From Octopus vulgaris (Eukaryota): DNA of 64,000 nt. Position numbers and translations under genes: made by a program. This document shows, piece by piece, positions 12,009-25,040 of the stretch (the stretch's first letter is position 1; the number at the start of each line of letters is the position of its first letter). The stretch lies in NCBI GenBank assembly GCA_951406725.2, contig OX597831.1, positions 53,444,001 through 53,508,000 on the forward strand, written 5' to 3'. The notes beneath the pieces are model-generated. The model had not been told where the DNA came from. It did not search any database and saw only the letters and a list, made by a program, of their open reading frames with translations.

Positions 12009-14510
12009 CAAAAGAAAGACAACGAAAACAAACCAAAAAAGGGAGAAAGAAAGAAAGAAAAAACATCAATGCAGTACCAAGTGCTTCAATTGGTCGCACA
12101 CCACAAGGTTCAACAGAACCTACTGAAGCAAGTCAGCATGCTTCCAGTGTAAAGATTTCAAGTTACCCCCTCCCCCCATTTCAGTCTACCTCCCGGTAAT
12201 CTGAAATCGATTTTAAATTTCCCCCACCCTGTTCACATTACCCCCTTCAATGATTTTGCTAAAATAACTTATTATTATTCTAAGACTTACAACTTCTGAC
12301 ATTTTTATAACATTAAACACGGATTACATTTAAGATCGTAAACTAATCTTAAAATATGAAAATAAGAAAAAATATTAGATTTTTAAAACACTTTTATGAT
12401 GTGCTGGAAAAAACATGTCGAATATCAGAGATTCGGTGCTTGCAATTTTTTTTGAATAAAAACATTTTTCGTTTTTTTTTTTTTTGTTAATGAGAAAGTG
12501 ATTTGGATTAGAATACATTTTTTCTATAGATATGTAGCAGATGGATTTTGTTTATAGTGGACTGAGTTGAGTTGACAGAATGTAACGATAAGAGATTGAT
12601 TTGAAGAACGATATATGTTTTATTTACAAACCAAAAATTATTTATACACTTTAAATTGGTAACGAAATGTATTTATATACATTAAAACATCACTACAGTT
12701 TTTATTTTTTAATTTGGAGCTTGGGCATCTTGATTTTCGTAATTTGTTTTTCGTTTCTTATTTGATGATCCTTGCTCAATATATCGAGTAAAATTGGTAG
12801 CATTTACTTTCTTTTCTAGTACTTTATTGTTATTTGAAAGTCAATATGTAGTTTTGCTACAAGCTTCTGCAACAGTGTAAGGACCTGTGCAGCATTCCGT
12901 AAAATGTTCAATATTGAACTGCTGTTGCTCGTGTTTTTTATCATATTGTTCTTTTCGGAGGCAATTTGAGAAATCATAATGGCCCAAATAACACCAATTT
13001 TTCTGGATATAGATTGATCATTTCCAAAACTGTCCCGATCTTTGGCAGGTGGGTTGTGCTGTAGTTCAACTGAAAGTGTAGCTTGCCTGTTGTATAAATT
13101 TGAAACAGGGTAAAATGTGTTGAAGAATGTTTGGCTGTTCAATACGCAAGCATTCAATCCAGTTACCATGGTCCTCGAGGGATTTGATAAAAGCATTTTT
13201 TATAGTGTGGTTCTGTTGCTCCATGAGGCCATTTACTTGAGGGTGATAAGCACTTGTTATATGTTGCTGTGTTCCTGTCATTTTATGTAGTTCTTCAGAT
13301 ACTCTGTTTATGAATTCTCTTCCTTGGTCATTTATCTGAGTTTTTGTACAGCCATGCCAACAAATAACATCCTCAAAGAGAAACTTTTCCACACTTTCCG
13401 CTCTGTGATCTTTCAAAGGTTGAGCTTCAGGCCATTTGGAAAAGTAATCTATTGCAATAACAATGCAACACTAACCATCATCTGTTTTCGGCAAATTGGT
13501 GATCTCGACACCAATTTGGGCCACCACTTCATTTGGCACAGGAACAGGATGAAGCTCTCCAACATTAACTTTATGAACAGGGTTCACTTTTTGACACCAA
13601 TCACAAGACAAAACAAACTCTTTCGTGTCTTTGCCCATATTTTTCCAATAAAACCTCTCCAAAATTTTAGCTCGTGTTCTCTCAACACCAAGATGACTTC
13701 CCAAGCGCAGGCAGTATCACTATCTCCACAACCCATGTGAATACTTGAAATAATACTCTTCTGTTCATCTGGATTGCTAATGATCAAGACTTCTTGGTAT
13801 TCATTTTCAGGATTTCTTACTCTCTCTGTTCTATGGTGATTGTAGAGTTGACTAGTCCATGCAACATAATACCTAGAGATCCTATTTAGGTTTGCCTTTT
13901 CACTTTTCTACATATGAGGCCCATATTTGTTGTTAACAACATAATCAAATATCAAATCAATGTTGTCAGCTTTGTCTTGTGTACTAAAAGTAACCATTCT
14001 GGAAATGCTTCTTTCAAATTTCTTCAGTTTTAAGTAACTAAGTGAAAACTCCAACTAAATGAAAGGTCTGACTTCCTCTTTGATTTACATTACTTTCTCT
14101 TTCATTTACAAATGCGTATTAGGCATACACATAATAAACATCAACACATACATTTAATGAGTTCACCCATTATCTCCCTATTTGCTATCGTGGTGACGAA
14201 CATTTGATTTTAGGTGGTGGGGTATTCTGAAATCGTAGGGGGTAACTTGAGATCGATTTCAAGTTACTGGGGGCGAGGAATGAGATAACATGAATGGGAG
14301 GTAATCTGAAATCGCTATACTGGTGTTACCACAAGCAATGGCAAGGCTAAAGCGTTGGCAAAGCCAAGACATTCATGGGCATCATCTGATACCTCAGTGA
14401 GGCGAGCTGCCAACGATGACAACAACTTCACTGTTAGTGGCCCAGTCCTTCCAAATGTCTCAAACACCTCAAGTTGGAAGAGATAGAATTTTTGCAAAGA
14501 TGGGGTGTAG
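12005..14510 (-). mobile_element. CRE-like (restriction-like endonuclease) non-LTR 3' end, split by the Ginger insertion
   Basis: 14324-14500 reads FETFGRTGPLTVKLLSSLAARLTEVSDD..(frameshift)..QRFSLAIACGN. Joined across the TSD it continues T(G/R)SMLTCFSRFC* (12147 to ~12111), resembling the CRE C-terminal motif QRLSIAxxRGNAxS. A short 3' UTR abuts (TA)n. Confidence 0.7.
12148..14319 (-). mobile_element. Ginger1-like DNA transposon (gypsy-type integrase), decayed
   Basis: Imperfect TIRs tgtaaagatttcaagttacc... / ...ggtaatctgaaatcgctata, flanked by ccag (12144-47) and ctgg (14320-23). The disrupted ORF from ATG 13997 has an H2C2 finger (IH...HLG...CDWCQK), an integrase core (IDYFSKWPEA, DQGREF, AYHPQVNGLME) and AY*TAKHSST. 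No RT, RNase H or LTRs are present. Confidence 0.85.
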
Positions 14511-16073
14511 AGTTTTGGAAAATTCACATATGTTGGTTTTGTTTCCACAAAACTTATTTTTAAATACATCTCAGAGAGTGTAAATTACAATTATATTGTT
14601 ATTCAATATGAACAAGAAAATTGATGAGTGCACACACATACATTCTGATACACAGCACAATTTTGTTCGAAATTTCCAGTTTCATTCTGTAGATATGTAT
14701 GATGTATGTCATTATATATGTGTATGAATCTACCAATTTTGATTTCATATTAAATTCCGTGCTATCTCGCAAAGCAAGATGCAGATGCAATAATCACTGA
14801 CTGGGAGGAGGGAACCATGCTGTGCCTTGTCAAAGGCTAGCTGTGATACAACGTGTGTGAGTGTCTAAAGTCATCTCTTGCTTGAGGTGGTCTGCCTGAG
14901 GTAGGTGTCAAATGGTATGGTAAAAATGGGACGAATTTTAGATCATCCAAGAAACTATATTATGCCACAGCCCCATGCTGATTGGTTTGATTTATAGATC
15001 AATCACATTAAACTGTAGAGACTTACTCATGATTCCTAACTGAATATTTCATATTTGAAATTTGAATCACTACACTCTAGAAAAGAATTGATACAGAGTA
15101 AATACAACTTCCCTATATGGGTGACCTGTGATGCAGCTTACAGAGTCCACATCTCGATTGTATATTCAGCATTGTTTTGGAAGCTGGATTCTCTTCTTAT
15201 CACCAGCCACTTTACAGCATCTTCTAGTGGGTGTGTTTCATTATGCCACCAGCACTAAAGCAGTTGTCTGTGACTAGATTAATAAGTCCCACCTACCCTG
15301 CATCAGTGTTTAGTCAGAGTTACAACTGTCTTGCAGTTGCATAGCTGGTAGTCGTGGGGAAAGCAATGGGGATGAGGTGCCTCTGGTGATGCTTTTATGG
15401 AGGGTAAGATGATGCTTTTGGATCTGTTGTATAAGCAAATATAGGAGTGGGGGTGGAATTCATGGGCAACAATTGGGCAGTACACACTCTAGCAATGCCA
15501 CTGCCCTCTTGAGACACATAGCCAGCCAGACTACATGACGATGGCCATCAACACCATATACATCTGACATTGCAATTACACAAGAATGGTGGTGAAACAA
15601 TTACGCAACAAGAGTAACTCTGAATAAGAACTGATGCAGAGTAAATGCAACCTCCATAGAGTCAGCACCTATTTAACATGTTGAAATACTTCCACTTCAC
15701 TATGTAAGATAACCACTACACAGTTGACTATTCTTTTTATGTTTTTTTTTGTATGTGTCAGGTGATGAAGGACCAGGGTAAGATGGCAACACAAAATAGT
15801 AACTAACTTACAAATATGACAAGACTTGTAGAAAACATGTTGTTTTTTCTTTTGTAAGTTACTATTTTCACTCATTTTACTTGTTTCAAGTCATTCAACT
15901 GGGACTGTAATGGAGCACCACCTTGTAGGGTTAGCTGAACAACTCAACCCCAGTACTTATTCTATTGGTCTCTTTTGCCAAACCACTATGTTACAGGGAT
16001 GTAATCAAACCAACACTAGTTATCAAACAGTGGTGGAACAAATATAAATACAAAGGATCACTAACACACAGGC

Positions 16074-16120
<47 letters not shown>

Positions 16121-16137
16121 CATATATATATACATAC

Positions 16138-16172
<35 letters not shown>

Positions 16173-16511
16173 AATATATCATCATCATCATCATCATTAT
16201 CTGTTTTCCATGCTAGCACGGGTTGGACGGTTCGACCGGGGTCTGGGAAGCCAGGAGGTGGCACCAAGCTCCAGTCTGATCTGGCAGTGTTTCTAGAGCT
16301 GGATGCCCTTCCTAATGCCAACCATACCGTGAGTGTAGTAGGTGCTTTTTATGTGCCACCAGCACAGGTGCCAGGGGAGGCTGACAGCGGTCACGATCGG
16401 TTCGTGCTTTTTATGTGCCACCGGCACAGAAGCCAGTCAAGGCAGCGCTGGCATCGGCCATGTTCGGATGGTGCTTTTTACGTGCCACCGGCACAGGTAA
16501 CACATATTTGG

Positions 16512-16808
16512 TGAGGGTTCATGGTCTAGTGGTTAGGGTGTGGCAGTCATGACTGTGAGATCATAGTTTCAACTCCTAGACTGGGTGGTGCATTGTGTTT
16601 TTGAGTAAAGCACTTCATCTAGTGTTACTCTGTGATCACTTCAACACCTGATGTGTGGTACACTGTGCACCTGTTCAGGCAACGTCGATTTGATGGAGAG
16701 CGTGAGCTAATGTGTAGCACATACATTTGATCACTATAAGCAAATCATTCGTGTAAGTCATTTGGCCAAAGTTGAACTCATACATTGTCTTCGACAGGAG
16801 AGACCATC
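16512..16808 (+). mobile_element. tRNA-derived SINE family C
   Basis: A-box tggtctagtgg, a B-box-like motif, then tgtgtttttgagtaaagcactt. Related heads at 25599-25916 (13-bp TSD ttacatttgatag), 46040-46527 and ~56070. Confidence 0.7.
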
Positions 16809-16824
16809 AAATATATATATATAT

Positions 16825-17627
16825 AGTTGAAATTTATAGAAAAACAAAAGATGAAGATAGGTGTATAAACAACAAGCAGGTGTATTAGTTTGATGCTCGG
16901 GAAGGTGAGAAAGTGTTTTACGTTTCGAGCCAATGCTCTTTAACAGAAAGGAACACGAGGAAATAAACAGAGAGAATAAAAAAAAACTTTTGGAGTTAGC
17001 TGTTAATCATGGCAACTGGTTGGACAAAGTTAGTTAGACAGGAGAGCTAGGAAGAAGGGGAGATAATAAAGTACTGGTGATCCCAAAACGAAGGTCTGCG
17101 TGCATGTATGTGAGAGTGTGTAAGTGTGTGCATGTGGATAGTGATATGATTGAGACGACGATGGGTGCCTGTGAGGATGATGGTGTTGGAGAGGTAGGGG
17201 CAAGTGAGGCAGCATGGGCAGTAACAGGGGAACAAGTCGGTTGGGAGGTAGGGTTAGGGAAAAAACTGTGGACCAGGAGGTCGCATAGGTTGTGGGCTTG
17301 TTTGAAGGAGAGAAGTGGTAGGTTGGGGAATATGTGCAAAGTGGAGGGGTTGGACTGGAGTCGTTGGAAGGCTCAGAGAATGGTGTGTCGGAGGGACAAG
17401 CTGGAGGGGTGGTAGGTGAGGGGAAACGGGAAATGGGCAATGGTGGGGCGGGTGCAAGGAGAGAGAGGAGAGATACAGCCCATTGAACGTGCTCTGGCAA
17501 GGGTGGTGTGGATGGTGGGGAGGAGATATCTACGAAGGATAAAGTCGCGAGCCATGAGTTGAGACTGAGTCTCAAAGTCATGGTTGTCACTGCAGAGCCT
17601 GCACAAACTGAGGAATTGGGAGTACAA
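16825..17627 (-). mobile_element. Penelope-like element (PLE), 5'-truncated and internally deleted
   Basis: Frameshifted YSQFL.L.RLCS...LTYHP (RT C-terminus), then PLLSFKQAHNL.DLLV..C.C..CLTCP (Cys-rich linker preceding GIY-YIG in PLEs). The terminus carries a degenerate hammerhead-like motif (~16915-16948) and ends at (TA)n. Confidence 0.8.
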
Positions 17628-18000
17628 TTGGTTTCCATAAAATTGTCTACCAAATTTATTTACAAGGTATCTATTGATCTGGGGCTATAGTAGAAAATAT
17701 TTGTCTGAGGTGCTACATGTTTGGACTGAACTGCAAACCATGTGGTTACAAGGCTGATTTCTTTGGCACGCAACCATACTTGTGTCTGTTTCCATTTTTT
17801 TAATGCTATTACAAAGATTGTTTATATAATTCTGTTGAAGGTAAAAAGCCCAAATATACTCTATGATTTTTAATATAACATAACACTGGATATAAAACAA
17901 CCATTGTTTTTGTAATTAAATCCTTTACTTTCAAATAATACTGATGTAAGATTTTGAGGTACTCTTTTACTCTTTTACTTTTACTTGTTTCAATCATTTA

Positions 18001-18042
<42 letters not shown>

Positions 18043-18046
<4 letters not shown>

Positions 18047-18256
18047 TAAAGTTAATCCAAACATGAAAATGCAAAGAGAAAACACAACAACGTGAGGACG
18101 TGGAACAAGTATAGTGTTATTGGACACTCAGAAAAGGAAAGAAAGAAAGAGGATTTAACTTTCGAGCGGAGCTCTTCGTCAGAAACATAGAAAAAGAAAA
18201 GATCCAAGGAAGGGAAGACGGAGGAAAAAAAATCGCCAATGATACACACGCGGTCA
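18043..18256 (-). mobile_element. Solo PLE terminal (pLTR-like) fragment with hammerhead-like motif
   Basis: Minus strand reads ttt-CTGACGA-A-GAGC-tcc-GCTC-GAAA-gttaaa (18152-18186). Same family as 37030-37320(+). Abuts (TA)n. Confidence 0.7.
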
Positions 18257-18913
18257 TGTGTGTGTATATGTTTCTATGTCTGTGTTTGTCCTCCCAACAT
18301 CGCTTGACAACTGATGCTGGTGAACTTAATGGTTCAGCAAAGAGACTGATAGAATAAGTACTAGGCTTACAAAGAATAAGTCCTGGGGTTGATTTGCTCG
18401 ACTAAAGACGGTGCTCCAGCATGGCCACAGTCAAATGACTGAAACAAATAAAAGAAGAAAAGAATCATGATAGACATTTTTTGTCAAAATATACTTCTCT
18501 GAGATATCACACAAATGTAGATACATCTACAAAATGTCAGTTATCATAACCACAGGCCTTGGCTATCTGATAAATATATTATCAAGTGAGATAAATGAGA
18601 AATGAAAAAAAAAGGGATAACTGTGCTGCTAAATTTCTTTCTGCAGAGTTTTCAAAAATTCAGGCAATTATTATTATTATTTTTTTTGCTTTACAAATGG
18701 ATCCAAATATTGAGAATGATGATATATGTCATACATACATGTATGCATGCCTACATACTTGCATACTTACATATATGCATGCACAGATACATGTATAGAA
18801 ACATACATGTATACATGTATACATACATCAATGCAAATCATATATGCATGATATATAGATGCATACATACATAAACGCATATATGCACACACACACACAT
18901 ATGCACAAATGTA

Positions 18914-18971
<58 letters not shown>

Positions 18972-19853
18972 TGCACAAGGTTATCAGGTAGTAGTTATGA
19001 GAGCATCAACTAAAATGTGTAACAATTTTATCCATTGTCAGGCAGTGAGCTGGCAGAAATGTTCGCACGCCAGGTGAAATGCTTAGAGATATTTCATCTG
19101 TCTTTATGTTCTGAGTTCAAATTCCACTAAGATCAATTTTACCTTTCATCCTTTTGGGGTTGATAAATTAAGTACCTATTTCTTTACTACCCTCAAGGGG
19201 CTAAACACAGAGAGGACAAACAAGGACAGACAAAGGGATTAAGTCGATTATATCAACCCCAGTGAATAACTGGTACTTATTTAATCAACCCCGAAAGGAT
19301 GAAAGGCAAAGTGGACCTCGGTGGAATTTGAACTCAGAACGTTGCAGCAGACGAAATACCGCTAAGCCTTTCGCCCGGCATGCTAACAATTCTGCCAGCT
19401 CGCCACCTTGGTGAATTAAGTACCAGTTGTGTACTGAGGTCGATCTAATCAACTGGCCCCCTCCCCACAAATTTCAGGCCTTGTGCCTAGAGTAGAAAAG
19501 AATATTATCTCTTGTCAGGCAGTGAGCTGGCAGAATCATTTGCACACTGGGCAAAATGCTTAGCAGCACTTCATCAATCTTTACATCCTGAGTTCAAATT
19601 CTGCAGAGGTTGACCTTTTATCCTTTATGGGGTTAATAAAATAAGTACCAGTTGAATACTGGGAGTTGATGTAATCAACTTATCTCCTGCCCCAAATTGC
19701 TGGCTTTGTGCCAAAATTTGAAGCCAAATTTATCCTAGCTTTCTGCACTCTGAATTCAAATCCAGCAAATGTCAACTTTGCCATTCACCTTAAGCCATCA
19801 TCCAACAATGGCTTAGCTGGTTTAAACTTTGAAGTCATAGTCAGCAACATATA

Positions 19854-20671
19854 TCTCTCTATATATATAAACGGCAGTTTGTCTGTCTGTGTGTCTGTGT
19901 GTCTGTCAGGTTGTACCCTCACCCTGACCACGGCTTTCAACCGATTCTGATGAAACTTGACACACACATAGCCCAATGTCATAATTCAAAACTAACGCAG
20001 TGAAAATTTTGAAAAGTCCCCCCAGTTCTGAAAAAAAATCGATAAATTCGACATGGGTCGAGAATCTAAGCTTTTTATATGCAACACATTTTCTACAGAC
20101 TGTCTAGGGGACGCAACTCGACCTTTTTAACTCTCGGAGCACGTGGGGTAAGTATCCCAAAATGTATAAAAATGTACAAAAACGGCAAAAAAGCGGGCAG
20201 CAATGTGAGTGACAACAACAAAAAAGTCAAAAGCGACCAAACTGAACAAACGAATGAAAAAGGTTTTTTGGTGCACACGACAAAAGCGGTTTATAATAAA
20301 CCAAGAGTTTGCAAGTAGCGTCCGAGGACCCTTTGGGTACGTCAAAAATTTAAGGTAAAATGTTTGGGGTGGTAGTTATAAAGAAAGTCTAAACAAAAAA
20401 AGTATTTGAATAACTTGTGGCTGCAGCAGCTATTAGCAGAAGTGACCAAACTGAACAGTCTCGGGGTAAAGTCTCGAATGTAATTTCTTCCTGGTAGGAA
20501 TTGTTTGGGTTGAATTATCGATAGCTGTTTGATAGTTATTTGGGAGTGAAGAGAAGACATTGCAACCTACACATGCGCCTTCGTTCCCTAGAGGGAAAGG
20601 ACTAGATTGGGATTAGTCGTTGCCTACTAGGGGCTCTTACATACCCGGGCAACGCTGGGCTATGCTGCTAG
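19854..20671 (+). mobile_element. Non-autonomous Helitron
   Basis: A|TCtctctatatatataaa start, (TGTC)-type subterminal repeats, 3' hairpin cccgggcaacgctggg (20644-20659) and CTAG|T end. Confidence 0.85.
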
Positions 20672-20687
20672 TATATAATATATATAA

Positions 20688-20893
20688 GTGAGTACTAAGA
20701 AGTTCCTGGCTTTATGGGTATCATGGTTGGAGGCCCTGCCTACCAAGTTTTTTTGACAGGGCTTAGAAAAACTGAAGGACTGGTGCAATAAGTGTGAATC
20801 TGAGAGGGGAAACTGTTGAATAAAATCATAATTGACTGATCGTTTTGCATTTTCTTTTACCTAAATCCAGGAACTTTTCAGTACCCTGTCATA
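20688..20893 (+). mobile_element. Mariner-derived MITE
   Basis: Inverted ends gtactaagaagttcctgg / ccaggaacttttcagtac in a TA context. The internal remnant GLEKLKDWCNKC..LRGETVE* resembles a mariner transposase C-terminus. Confidence 0.65.
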
Positions 20894-20916
20894 TATATAT
20901 ATATATATATATATAC

Positions 20917-20958
<42 letters not shown>

Positions 20959-21796
20959 GATTAAAATTATAAATAAGGGTATCTAAGAGATACCACCATG
21001 CTTGGAATAGCACATGGTGTTTGGAAGGATAACTGAATTGATCATGTATATATGTGCATATCCTCCTCCTCCTCCTCCTCATCATCATCATCATCGTTTA
21101 ACGTCTGTTTTCCATGCTGGCATGGGTTGGACGGTTTAACTGGGGACTGGCAAGCTAGGAGGCCGCACCAAGCTCCAATCTGATCTGGCAATGTTTCTAC
21201 ATGTGGATGCCCTTCCTAATGCCAACCACTCTGAGAGTGTAGTTGGTACTGTTTACGTGCCACCAGCATGAGAGCCAGTCAAGCAGCACTGACATCAGCC
21301 ACACCTGGATGGTGCTTTTTACGGGTCACGGACACAGGAGCCAGTTGGGGCAGGGGGCTGGCATCGACCACGTTCGGATGGTGCTTTTTGTGTGCCACCG
21401 GCATGGTGAGCCAGTCAGGTGGCACTGGCTATGTATATATGTTATATGTATATATGTGTGCGTATACATAAGTATTTGTATGTTTGTGTGTATATCTATG
21501 TAATTATGTACAATTCTTGGTATGTTTCATTGTCGAAGGCAAAGTATTTTTATACAGAGCCAGAAACCCAGAGTCTGAAATTATCTGATTTTCACTAGTT
21601 TATTTATCTATTTGTCTTTTCACCTTGGGCTGTATTGAATACATGATGTGATTTTAGAGTAAAGTTTTGACTGCTTCTTCAAGCATGATGGTATCTCTTA
21701 GATACCCTTATTTATAATTTTAATAATAATTATAAGGTTTTTCTTCTCATGCTGTCATTATTTCAATAATGCTTTTATCCTTAGTTATATAGAAAT

Positions 21797-21828
<32 letters not shown>

Positions 21829-22174
21829 GGTTCACAGGAGCTGGCCAGGTAGAAAAACTATGCTACTCTGTCTGTTTTGGCAGGAGTTTTATGGTTGGAT
21901 GCCCTTCTTAACACCAGCAACTCTGCAGAGTGGACTTAATGCTTTTTACATGGCACTAGCACAGGTGAGGTTAGTTTTGGCATGATTTTTGCTGCTGGAT
22001 GCCCTTCCAACTGCCAACCACTTTACAGTGTGGACCGGATGCTTTTTACATGACATCAGCACTGGGTGGGTCACCAAGTAACTTGCAAGACAAGGAATTA
22101 TGAGAGGGGCAGGGGCATTTGAGGAGGATGAAAAGTTAGAAGGTGACAAAGAGACAGAGAGACAGAAACAGGTG

Positions 22175-22468
22175 TCTTCTCAAGCCATGCCTGGCTCATA
22201 GGGCTGGTTTCCTGGTTTCCTTGGCATATAGGTTCCCCACCTGGATGGGATGCTGGTCCGTCACAGGTGAGCTGCAAGATGCAGGAGGAAAGAGTGAGAG
22301 AAAGTTGTGGCAAAAGAGTCAGCAGAAGTTCGCCATTACCTTCTGCCAGAGCCGCATGGAGCTTAAGTGTTTTGCTCATAAACACATACATCACCCAGTC
22401 TGAGATTCAAACCTGCAGTCCCTTGACCGCAAGTCTGCTGCTCTAACCACTAGGCCATGTGCCTCCAC
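22175..22468 (-). mobile_element. tRNA-derived SINE (further family)
   Basis: Minus strand: A-box tggcctagtgg, B-box ggtttgaatc, and downstream motif gacggaccagcatcccatccagg. Confidence 0.7.
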
Positions 22469-23559
22469 TGTGACAGAGAAACAAAGAGACAGAAATAGGT
22501 GCCTTGCTATAGAGGAAGTACATGGTTACCCAGTGAGAGAGAGATAGATAGAGAGAGAGAGAGTGACCAAGAAAGAGGGCAGAAATAGGTGAGCTGCTGT
22601 AGAAGAGATACGTGGCTACCCAGCCACAAGGAAGAGTAAGGGAAGAGAGAGTAGGAAATAGCAAAAGTGTATGTATGGTACCCATGCTGGTGGCATGTAA
22701 AAAAACACCCTTCGAATGTGGAGTCTCATGGAGGCAATGGTAAGTAACCAAAACCTTTAGCAATATGCCATGGTTGAGGAGACTTGTCAAGCTAAGTGAA
22801 AGTGTAGTTGTGGCTGATGCTGGTTTTTATGTGCCACCGGCACATAAAAAGCACCCATTACACTCTTGGAGTGGTTTGCATTAGGAAGGGCATCCAGCCA
22901 TAGAAACCATGCCAAATCAGATTGGAACCTAGTGCAGCCCTCTAATTAACCAGTTTCGGTCAAACCATGCCAACGTGGAAAGCAGACGCTAAATGATGAT
23001 GATTATGATGATGATGATGACGTGTGTATACAATGGGCAGTTGTTATACTTCTATACATATAGTGTGTTTAATGTAGCTAAAGCAAGTCAGTCTATATCA
23101 GTCACATCTCTCTTGAAGCTGTATTCAGTGTAGAGTTTACATTATTAACTCCAATTTAACAGAGCAGCATCAATTTTCTCCCTGAAACGTCATTGTGGAT
23201 GTAAGGCATGGGCTAAAGCTTTTATAGCACATAATTACAATTAGGAAGATTGAGTCATTTAAAAATTAAATACTATGGCTCTGAATGCAGTTCAGAGCTG
23301 GTGAGTAAATTGTTATCCTGTTTGCTCAACTAAATGTAACTCTATAAATTAATCACCTGTTAATTAGACAAAGTAATCAGTTCTGTGGAGCCAGACACAA
23401 ACATTCTAGATCATGTAGAACAGTCCATTCTTCACCAGCAAGGAACTTGCTAAATAGCAATTCACCTAAGGGAAAATAGCAGCCAAATGTTTCTAGAATC
23501 ACACTCTACTATCTTAAAAATAAAATAACACATTATATGATGATGGCAGTTTCTTTGTG

Positions 23560-24420
23560 TCTGAAGATCATGAGGGAAAGCAGAATGCCCTCAAGTGGCC
23601 ACGTAATTCAGTCTTTGATGTTGCAAGGCACCTCTTCCTGGCTGTGAGCATCTGTTCATGCTATTCAATCGCATGCTTTAGACTTGGGGGTCTGAACACA
23701 TTGGCTCAGTAGACTAAGATGGCTTCCAGTGACCAGCAAGTTGTGGCTTTTACATTGGATCAGTCTTCTCCTTGGTGAATTGCCTTACAGAGATGAAGGG
23801 CTTCTACTCTGAAGTCGTCAGAAGGGAGTTGAAGGGGGCATCAGACAGCCTGAGGGACTCCACTTCTTGATTTTCTGTTGTGTTTGCCTCCCCTAGCCTT
23901 TCCCTTTCCCAAGGTTCTCACAAGGTAGTGAGGAATTATGCTTGAAGTTTCCTCAAAGCATATCGTACTAATTAACCTATAGCTGGGGCCCTAACAGGTG
24001 CTGTTACTCCAGGTCAGAGTAGACCTGGAAACAATAGTGGTTAAGAGATGGTGCCACACTCCTCAACACCCTGGAACTCTTGAACCTGGACACTACAAGT
24101 GGATGCAGTTAAAAGTCATACCCATGATATGTTATACAATGTGGTTTTAGAGCTGAAGGCCACTCTCCTCTGCTGCTCCATTGGCCCAAATACCTGGGGG
24201 AAAATAGCCAAGGACCACTCAGAGTAGTTGTATGTCATCATCAAGGGAATGGATTAGATGAGAAAGAACAAACATCAAGAGGCAGAGATCAGATGCCAAA
24301 GACAAAGAGCAACTTGTACTTCCTTGACTCCTGCTAACCCTCCTCTGCGATAACTGCATCTGGCTCTTTATGCAGTCTTTGGCCTGAACAACCATCTCAG
24401 GCACTGGCAACCTTTGTACC
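23560..24420. mobile_element. Old RTE-type LINE fragments
   Basis: 24148-24415(+) decodes LKATL..C.I....W...A.D.S....C..C......GL.NH.RH, the C2H2 tail of RTE/BovB-like ORFs. 23990-24125 is homologous to 50935-51075. Confidence 0.5.
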
Positions 24421-25006
24421 CATCAGGATAAAGAAGCTAAATAACTTGCTACAGATTAACTACTTGAATATGAGTTAATGCCACTGCCAAGATATTTCTG
24501 AAAAAAAAAGTGCATGGTCATTGCTGCCATACCTGTAATCATAAATCTACCTAATGAATAGTTTCAAATTTTGGCACAAGGCCAGCAATTTTGGGAGAGG
24601 CACTAAGCCAATTGCAGTGGCTCCAGTACTCAACTGGTACTTATTTTGTCGATACTGAAAGGACGAAAGTTAAAGTCAACTATGGCAGAATTTGAACTCA
24701 GAACATAATGATTGCTAATGATTGTGCCAGCTCTCCAGCTCGCTACCTTAAATCTACCTAATGAATGTTGATATGAAGTTTTCAACTTGAATCTCCTGGC
24801 AAAACTGCTCACCTACAGGCTCTCATTTCTTGCATTGGTGGTTTCCTGTTAGATCATACTTTCACTGCATGTGATGATGGAGTTTTTTCTTATTCATATT
24901 TTATGATCTATGTGCTCTGAGACTTATTTCTATTTCTACATTCCTCCTTCTTTGCATCAATGAACCCCTCACCATCTCTTTTAACAATGGTTTGGAAAAT
25001 CATTAG

Positions 25007-25040
<34 letters not shown>

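Noticed and set aside
13066-13997. Domesticated GIN1-like host gene or gypsy LTR retrotransposon
   Set aside because: Stops and frameshifts are present, it is bounded by TIRs and a TSD, and there is no RT, RNase H or LTR.
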